Below, one piece after another: positions 57,524 to 64,000 of a DNA stretch of 64,000 bases (position 1 is the stretch's first letter; each line of letters opens with the position of its first letter). The notes below the pieces were generated by a model, which made no database searches, had not been told where the DNA came from, and worked only from the letters and a program-made list of their open reading frames with translations. The stretch is from a virus (Duplodnaviria; Caudoviricetes). The DNA is taken from positions 19,915 through 83,914 of IMG/VR virus record IMGVR_UViG_3300042257_000094; one strand, given 5' to 3'. The position numbers and the translations under genes were made by a program.

Positions 57524-57718
57524 TTAATAGTTAGAATTGATTTCTTCAATAAGACCAACAACATTTTCCTTTGTCGGAAGAAGTTCATCCGCTTTCTGAA
57601 TAAGCGACATGCCCTTATCTGTGTCTTCTTTGAGAATAATATTCAGTTTATTAACTAGTTGTTCGCTGTACTCGTTATACTCGTCCGCGCCGTCCCAACC
57701 AAACTCCGTAAAATTCAT
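57524..57718 (-). CDS. hypothetical acidic protein
   Basis: GGAG RBS, operon context. Confidence 0.5.
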   Translation of the reverse strand: MNFTEFGWDGADEYNEYSEQLVNKLNIILKEDTDKGMSLIQKADELLPTKENVVGLIEEINSNY

Positions 57719-57721
57719 GTA

Positions 57722-58048
57722 TTACTCCCCCTCTTCAGATTCTTTGTTAATATAATCCTCAACAAAAGAAATAACATCTTTTACTTCATAATCATTCTTC
57801 TCAAAAGTGGTTCGTTTGAAATTGTCATCTCCAACAATAACTACATTGATACTCCCACAAGGAAAGAACCCAAGAACCAAGTCTTTATTGAAGACCACAA
57901 ATACTCTAGGCTCTTCTGGATTCTGGTCATTGGGAACAGATTGCACACCAAGATCATGAAACTCTGTGGTTGCCCAACAAAGAAATACCTCTTGTTTGGT
58001 TGAAAGTTTGATGGTTGGTTCGGTTGCTTTTGGTTCGTTGTTACTCAA
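57722..58048 (-). CDS. hypothetical protein
   Basis: AAGGAG RBS. Confidence 0.55.
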   Translation of the reverse strand: MSNNEPKATEPTIKLSTKQEVFLCWATTEFHDLGVQSVPNDQNPEEPRVFVVFNKDLVLGFFPCGSINVVIVGDDNFKRTTFEKNDYEVKDVISFVEDYINKESEEGE

Positions 58049-58148
58049 AATATTCTCCTTTTATTAGTGACAACATAGTCCGATAATTAAAGTTCCATCT
58101 TTAGGTGTGGGCGCCATAGATTTCCACGATCCTGACATTGCGCATTCC

Positions 58149-59450
58149 CTATCTTTTAGTATTTTTAATGAACTTCTTTACATTCTCTTCACTGTACACA
58201 ATAGCATGTTTAAGCATGTAGTTTTCATCTATTTCATCAAACATAACTCCTACTTCAGATGGAAGTGGTTTCCTCTCAACCGCTTTTATATCTTTTTCTT
58301 TATATGTATTACCAGTACTCACCCATTGCTCATTGTATGGCGTTCCACAAAGATACCAATGAATATAATCCTTTCTCTTTGCGTTTAATAAAGTAAACTT
58401 TTGGTCATACACCTCCAAGGTTGCGTAAGGAATATCTCTAAATTTCAACCATAGCGGTGTTTTTATTGACTCATATACATAATTCTTATGTTTGAGAAAT
58501 ATTCCTTTATATCCTTTTTCAATAGCATTTATATATTGTGTGATTATGTCACTATATGATTTTAATTTAAATGGGTAAAGAATCTCAATGTTCGGTTGTT
58601 CTGAAATTCTTTTTAGAATTTTTATTTTATCCTTATATATCATTCTAATATTAGTCACATCAATAATATGAACTTTGAAATCATTTGGGGCACATACTTC
58701 TAGAAATTCATCCTCCTCTAAAAACCAATCTTCTAAATCATAACCTTTGTAGGAAATAACACAATCATATTCAAATTGCAAGTCCAAATATCGAAATAAA
58801 GGTAGGTTTTTCATTTCAGCAGCAAAGGCTTCCATCTGTGTCCTAATTACTTCAAGAACTTCTGAGCCTACACAGTATTTATTTAAAAATTTGCCATTAG
58901 TGAATTTTGTTCTAATCCCACCTACTTCGTACTGCCCATATATTTTAGACCTATATTTCACAACCTTTAGATAGGCATCCAATCTGGGGGAAATGTACTC
59001 CTCTTCTAAGCAAACCGGAACAATATAGTATGGTTCCATTGTTGTTTCGTGGGCTTCGATGTTCAATATCTTCCTAATGCTTTTTATATTCAGTCCCATC
59101 TTCAGATTCTTTTGCAGAATAAGGTTAACTACTTTTGTTGTTTGCTCATTGGTCGAAGATAGAATAGCAAGAGTATCAACTTGTTTCTTATTGGCCCGGT
59201 TTTTCACATTTCTAGAAAGGTATTCCAAGTAGTCAAATATCTCAACATCATCTCTACTCGCGGAGATACTTTTTTTATAGGGGATTTTCTTGACACCAAA
59301 AGTTAGATAAGGATCATAGGCATATCGTAGAGTCATGTATAGGGGGCGACCTATTTTAGTCAACCCCCTCTCAAGAATCTTCTCTTTTTTATTCGTCTCT
59401 TTAGTATGACGAACTTTCATTATAATATTATGTACGTCAGTAAGCGGCAT
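58149..59450 (-). CDS. ATP-dependent DNA ligase homologue with degenerate active site
   Basis: AYDPYLTFG and LILQKNLKMGL as in phage ligases; motif I reads QYEVGGIR; motifs IV/V read GYKGIFLK...WLKFR. Confidence 0.7.
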   Translation of the reverse strand: MPLTDVHNIIMKVRHTKETNKKEKILERGLTKIGRPLYMTLRYAYDPYLTFGVKKIPYKKSISASRDDVEIFDYLEYLSRNVKNRANKKQVDTLAILSSTNEQTTKVVNLILQKNLKMGLNIKSIRKILNIEAHETTMEPYYIVPVCLEEEYISPRLDAYLKVVKYRSKIYGQYEVGGIRTKFTNGKFLNKYCVGSEVLEVIRTQMEAFAAEMKNLPLFRYLDLQFEYDCVISYKGYDLEDWFLEEDEFLEVCAPNDFKVHIIDVTNIRMIYKDKIKILKRISEQPNIEILYPFKLKSYSDIITQYINAIEKGYKGIFLKHKNYVYESIKTPLWLKFRDIPYATLEVYDQKFTLLNAKRKDYIHWYLCGTPYNEQWVSTGNTYKEKDIKAVERKPLPSEVGVMFDEIDENYMLKHAIVYSEENVKKFIKNTKR

Positions 59451-59454
59451 ATTA

Positions 59455-60080
59455 CTACAAATTAAGTTTATTGTTTTTAATTATCTTTTTTCTAAGTTCT
59501 TTTTCATAAGAATCAGAAGGTGTGTTGTTGATTGTCATTAGCGCAATGCGGCCAATAACAAAAGCATCACAGTCATCAGAGGAATACCAATATTCAGTAT
59601 TAATTCCCCATCTTTGTTTAACGCCTTCCATAACCTCTTTCTTAGTTGCCTTACCTTTACCACATCCCACCTTCTTAACACTAACAGGTGCTATTGTAAT
59701 GAGGTTATTAAGATTGTTTATCTCTTTCATATAGAGTTGAAAAAGACAAACCCCAGATTGTTCTGCAAGACGAGAAAGGGCACTTCCACCAAAAGAATAA
59801 CCCTCTTTGGCAACCCATTTCAAACTATCCTTATATGGGTCACATATTTCAAGAACCCTATTGGAAATGTATTCAAACTTCGCATAATCGTTTTCAAAAT
59901 TGACGTAGTTTGGTTCTTCCACACCAATATCGAACATCCCTCTATATTTTTTCTTTTGTGTCTTCTTAACAGGAATAATATGATGTTCAATGAGTTCTTC
60001 TTTACCTGCATCAAAAATACAAAGGCCTGTGCATGATATGGATAAGTCCAGTGAGAGTAGGTGTTGTTTGTTACTACTCA
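59455..60080 (-). CDS. ruvC: RuvC-like Holliday junction resolvase
   Basis: SLDLSISCTG, KEGYSF, VKK..CGKGKATK, DDCDAF. Confidence 0.85.
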
Positions 60081-61129
60081 TAACGCTTTTTCCGTGGAGT
60101 GTAAAGGGATTCTTCAATCTCATTCCACTTTTTCTCTACCATTTTAGCAAGTTCTTCTTCTTTGTCGTTATCCTCAATAAACTTAATTAACGTAGGCAAA
60201 GTTCCTTTGAAATCCCAATCTTCCACAACATAAGATCGGCCAGACTTAGTGATAACTTTATTTGTGTCGAGGTATTCAATATTAGATACAATATCATCAA
60301 TACCGTATTGTGGTGTCAGGAAAATAGTAATCATACGGCTCTTTCCCGTAATACGGTTTTTAGTCACATCAATATTTACCCAATGCCCTGTACGGTAAAT
60401 TGTGTTACCAGATTGCTTCTTCTCCGTTTTACCTCTTTTGAGCCAAAACACAACATGAGAATAAAAATCAAGAGCAGATCCGCCCGAACGAATCTTCTTA
60501 TCCTCAAACGGACTTGCATTCATCTTCTCTTTCGCCTGTGAAAGATTGATAATAATAGAATCTGTCTTATTAATAGCGGATGCAATAGTTCGGGATAATT
60601 CGTGACCAAAACGGGCCTTTAAGGGATACTGAGTAAGAGTTACATCCTTCCCCCCCTCGACAGCTTTCTGAATATCTTTTTTCCTATCATTATCTTGCTG
60701 GCAAATAAGTCCGTCGAAAGAGTCTAGAACATAAATAAACTTAATGCCGTCATCAGCAAGTTTTGTTGTTCGGGCATAAAAGGCTTCCATAGAGTTATCA
60801 TTATGCCTGATAAGTCGAGAATTAAGTTTAGAGCCAAAATGTTCTACAATATCAAATAAAGCTCCGTTTTCGGTGTCTTGAAGATGGAGTTCGTAATCGT
60901 CAAACTTAGGATCATTTGCGGCTTCGGCAAGCGTTGTTAGGGCTAGAAGAGTTTTTCCTGTATGACTATATCCAGCGGGGTTTACAATATTTCCTACCGC
61001 AAATCCACCATCGGCCCTATCAGATATAGCTAAATTAAGGAGTGTACATCCCGATGAAACAAATTTTGTTTTTTTATTTTGATCTTCTTCGTTCACATAT
61101 TCTTCAACTGCATCTTTAATCTTACTCAT
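60074..61129 (-). CDS. RecA/UvsX recombinase
   Basis: SSGCTLLNLAI, GYSHTGKT, DTEN, VLDSFDGL, SGGSALDFYS, KNR. Confidence 0.88.
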   Translation of the reverse strand: MSKIKDAVEEYVNEEDQNKKTKFVSSGCTLLNLAISDRADGGFAVGNIVNPAGYSHTGKTLLALTTLAEAANDPKFDDYELHLQDTENGALFDIVEHFGSKLNSRLIRHNDNSMEAFYARTTKLADDGIKFIYVLDSFDGLICQQDNDRKKDIQKAVEGGKDVTLTQYPLKARFGHELSRTIASAINKTDSIIINLSQAKEKMNASPFEDKKIRSGGSALDFYSHVVFWLKRGKTEKKQSGNTIYRTGHWVNIDVTKNRITGKSRMITIFLTPQYGIDDIVSNIEYLDTNKVITKSGRSYVVEDWDFKGTLPTLIKFIEDNDKEEELAKMVEKKWNEIEESLYTPRKKRYE

Positions 61130-61343
61130 TAGCGTCTCCTGTTAGAATATGAAATTCATACTCATAAACAGTTTCTTTACCTTCTTCCACATCTTCGCCA
61201 AAGACAATAGTTCCCTTGTCAAAAGACAAGTAGGCGTAAGGGACAATATCGCCCCCTTTATACGGACCCATGTCTTCATTGAACATTACATTATAAAACA
61301 TAACACCGTGTTCTTGGCATTCAATCTTAGAATAATTGAACAT
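61122..61343 (-). CDS. hypothetical protein
   Basis: GGAG RBS. Confidence 0.5.
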   Translation of the reverse strand: MFNYSKIECQEHGVMFYNVMFNEDMGPYKGGDIVPYAYLSFDKGTIVFGEDVEEGKETVYEYEFHILTGDANE

Positions 61344-61404
61344 ATATTCTCCAACACAGAGAGGGGAGAAATAAAACTCCCCTCTCTTAATATACTTATA
61401 GTAT

Positions 61405-62553
61405 TTACTTCACAAATTCAAGAACTGCTTCACGGAATTCTTCTACACTACCAAAGTCTTCCGCGAACACATCAATTACATTTTCTTCACAAAACGCGTC
61501 AATTTCATCAGCCGTTTCCATCTTCATGAGTTTTGCAACAAGAGGGTTTGGACTGTCCTCTTCCTTATTACGAGAACGACTGCGGGAACGAGAAGGTTTT
61601 TCTTCCTCTTCTGTGGTATCTGGTTCAAAGGGAGGTTCCTCTTCCTTACCCCCGTCCACTTTTTCTTCACGCTTACCGAACGCCCTATCGAGTTGCTCTT
61701 GAGCGTCATATTCCGAATTCTTCTTAGTAGCCGAGACAGAAGTGGTGCCTTCCATCATTTCCTTGATTTCTTCATCGGATGCAAGATTGAAAATCCATTT
61801 TCCAAGAGGCTTAATTTCATCAAGTTCTTCATCAGAAACTTCATAAGGCTTCATTTCACCATTTTCAAGAGGAAGTTCCCGGTCCACAAGCCCAACGATC
61901 TTGAAGTCCGGCGCAGACTGCTGTCCCTTCTTACGTGCCTCTTCATCTACTTCCCAAGTATAATGGATGATCTTACCATCGTCCGGGTCTTGATAAAAAA
62001 TAGGCTCACCGCGACGATCTTTGGCATACGCATCAATATTATCTTCAATATAGAAGGTAGACATATCCATATACTGGATGCCCTTATTCGATTCCTCTTC
62101 ATTACGCCTATCCACGATACCATAGATAGCACGAGACTTTGGCTGAAGAGGTTTTACAACATTAGTGTAATATTCCTTATTCTCCTTACTACCTTTCTCT
62201 CCAGGGAAATTAAAACGAACCTCATCGTATTCGTCACACACGCGACACTTTCCGCCGTAAGTACGGGGACAAACAAAAGTTTCCTTATTAGGTCCAATAT
62301 TAATATGTTGCTTATACACAAGTCGCCAGTTAGGAGATCCTTCTTTGAGGTTGGCAAAATCCTCCTCCGCCTCAAATGGAATCATATCAATAAAGTTATC
62401 TCCATTGTTCTGCTGATAAAGGGTACAAGAATTGATGAACTCTTCACTCCACTTACTGCGTTTAGAGTTTGGTTCATCGGAGGTTGCCGCCGCCACTGCT
62501 GCTTTGTCTTGTTCGGGGTCAAAGTTCTTGAACATTCCACGCTTACGAGCCAT
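61405..62553 (-). CDS. T4 gp32-like ssDNA-binding protein
   Basis: H...FVCP..YGGKCRVCDE, DPDDG, acidic tail. Confidence 0.75.
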   Translation of the reverse strand: MARKRGMFKNFDPEQDKAAVAAATSDEPNSKRSKWSEEFINSCTLYQQNNGDNFIDMIPFEAEEDFANLKEGSPNWRLVYKQHINIGPNKETFVCPRTYGGKCRVCDEYDEVRFNFPGEKGSKENKEYYTNVVKPLQPKSRAIYGIVDRRNEEESNKGIQYMDMSTFYIEDNIDAYAKDRRGEPIFYQDPDDGKIIHYTWEVDEEARKKGQQSAPDFKIVGLVDRELPLENGEMKPYEVSDEELDEIKPLGKWIFNLASDEEIKEMMEGTTSVSATKKNSEYDAQEQLDRAFGKREEKVDGGKEEEPPFEPDTTEEEEKPSRSRSRSRNKEEDSPNPLVAKLMKMETADEIDAFCEENVIDVFAEDFGSVEEFREAVLEFVK

Positions 62554-62634
62554 AAATAATTCTCCTTTTCTTCTATTCTTTTATGAATTTATGTTATATT
62601 ATTGATTTTAAATTATTGATTCTAAAGTGCGATT

Positions 62635-62916
62635 TTACTCTTCATCCGCCGCACTAACAAGAAGATCGTAATATTCATTAACGTAATCTATGGTGGGCAT
62701 CCAGAAATTAGCAGTCGTACACTCTTCACATGGTTTGATATACTCCTTCAAATCTTCGTGTTTTCGATTGTGAATACATCCATCACACCTTGTATCAAGC
62801 GAAAGTGCCTTTGCAGCTAGTACAGGCAGAACTGCACCATAATTATGAGGGTCATCTTCTGTCGCAATGTCCTCAAGAAACTGTTGATAAAATTTTAGTT
62901 TTTCTGTGTCGTTCAC
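62635..62916 (-). CDS. hypothetical Cys protein
   Basis: CDGCIH...PCEEC. Confidence 0.5.
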   Translation of the reverse strand: MNDTEKLKFYQQFLEDIATEDDPHNYGAVLPVLAAKALSLDTRCDGCIHNRKHEDLKEYIKPCEECTTANFWMPTIDYVNEYYDLLVSAADEE

Positions 62917-62918
62917 TA

Positions 62919-63374
62919 TTACTCCTTCCTTTTTCTTCGGCGCAATGTGTCACCAAGTTTATTTTGTTGTGTTTCCAAAGGCACATCCGACCAATATTGT
63001 GTCATAAATAGGGATACTAAGTTACCAAGTGCGCTCCTTTTGGCCTGAAGTGAATTAAGCGTGGCATTATAGTAACTCAATTCTTCCTGAATGTCAAGCA
63101 ACTTTTCGGATAATTTCTGATATTCTTCATCTGTTTTAATGAAAGCATCAATCTGAGCAACAGTAGGAGATTTGGCAAAACCAAGTTCTTTCCAATCCTT
63201 TGAAATTTTATTGGTCAAACGTGCCTGAAGAGTCTCAATTTGAAGTTTGGTTTTATCCTTCTTGGAAGCCATCTGAGAATGGAGTTCACCATACTCCTGA
63301 AGATCGGCAGGAATTTCCTGAAGTTCCTTGTCCAATGCGAGTTTGTTAATTTTTAGTTTTTCTTTAAGACTCAT
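62919..63374 (-). CDS. UvsY-like recombination mediator
   Basis: LKIN...LD.EL...P...Y...PT..QIDAFIKTDEEY helical pattern; next to the SSB and RecA genes. Confidence 0.6.
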   Translation of the reverse strand: MSLKEKLKINKLALDKELQEIPADLQEYGELHSQMASKKDKTKLQIETLQARLTNKISKDWKELGFAKSPTVAQIDAFIKTDEEYQKLSEKLLDIQEELSYYNATLNSLQAKRSALGNLVSLFMTQYWSDVPLETQQNKLGDTLRRRKRKE

Positions 63375-63719
63375 TTACTTCACATCCTTTTCCATAAAGA
63401 TAATGGGAATATCATTTTCTTGTGCATATTGAATTTCTCGCGCAACCCCCGTGGATTCCTTCCAACCATCGAGACAGAGGACAAAAAGCTCATCTGCAAT
63501 CTTCATAAATTCCAAATCACGCTCAATCCAAAAATCAGCACCCGTTTGGTATTCATATGGCATCCACTCAGAAATAGGATGACTATGTGTAAGAGGACTA
63601 AATACATTATAACCGTCCATCATAAGTTCTGCTGCTACCCTAGTTGCTTCTTTAGTCCTCTCAAGCATGACTTCCTGTTCATCATGTGTATAAGGACACG
63701 CCAAATAAATTGTTTTCAT
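63375..63719 (-). CDS. nucleoside deoxyribosyltransferase-like protein (DUF1937-type)
   Basis: IYLACPY...VFSPLTHSHP...GWKESTGVARE. Confidence 0.75.
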   Translation of the reverse strand: MKTIYLACPYTHDEQEVMLERTKEATRVAAELMMDGYNVFSPLTHSHPISEWMPYEYQTGADFWIERDLEFMKIADELFVLCLDGWKESTGVAREIQYAQENDIPIIFMEKDVK

Positions 63720-63744
63720 TCTTCTTCTCCTTTAAATCGTTTGT

Positions 63745-64000
63745 TTAGATGTACTTGTTGATTGCCCATTCTGGTATTTCATTTATATTTATTCCCTTAT
63801 TCTTTAATATTGTCTTAAACTTTTGTGATGCCTCTCTTAAGTCTCTATAAGTACATCCCGGAAGCGAATGTACTCGTTTGTTGCATACAGCACATAAAGT
63901 ACAGGCACTGTCAATATCGTTTTCAAATACTTTACATTTTGCAAAAGGATCAATATGATGTACTATTAAGTCTTTATCCGATCCGCAAATAACACATAAA
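63745..64000 (-). CDS. HNH endonuclease C-terminus (runs off the window)
   Basis: CVICGS...VHHIDP...DIDSACTLCAVCN..VH..PGCTYRDLR. Confidence 0.8.
   Translation of the reverse strand, partial: LCVICGSDKDLIVHHIDPFAKCKVFENDIDSACTLCAVCNKRVHSLPGCTYRDLREASQKFKTILKNKGININEIPEWAINKYI

Noticed and set aside
1-64000. Stop-codon reassignment suggested by the release-factor homologue and tRNAs
   Set aside because: Genes are full length in the standard code, all three stops are used, and no suppressor tRNA is present.

Overview
This 64 kb AT-rich window is part of a large tailed-phage (siphovirus-type) genome. The probable host is an anaerobic Gram-negative bacterium, inferred from the class III RNR, the spanins and an RdgC-like gene. 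Left to right: (1-1.1 kb) a partly decayed tRNA cluster; (1.1-10.4 kb) sigma70-driven early/replication genes, namely a tyrosine recombinase, a 20-aa-repeat LRR protein, a DNA methyltransferase and an initiator with internal iterons; (10.4-15 kb) an island of small acidic early genes bracketed by non-coding DNA rich in Fur-box-like motifs and hairpins, a candidate terminal-repeat or first-injected region; (17.5-46 kb, + strand) packaging, head, lambda/T5-like tail, tail fibre and lysis genes; (46-64 kb, - strand) nucleotide-metabolism and recombination genes. The most notable observations are: a class III RNR whose glycyl-radical domain is a separate 42-aa gene missing from the ORF track; Fur-box arrays at both ends of the early island; a stand-alone coiled-coil/PAS protein after the lysis genes; a long-variable-arm tRNA-Ile(UAU); a split SbcC; and a ligase homologue with eroded catalytic motifs. 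All calls come from reading motifs by eye. No database searches were run.
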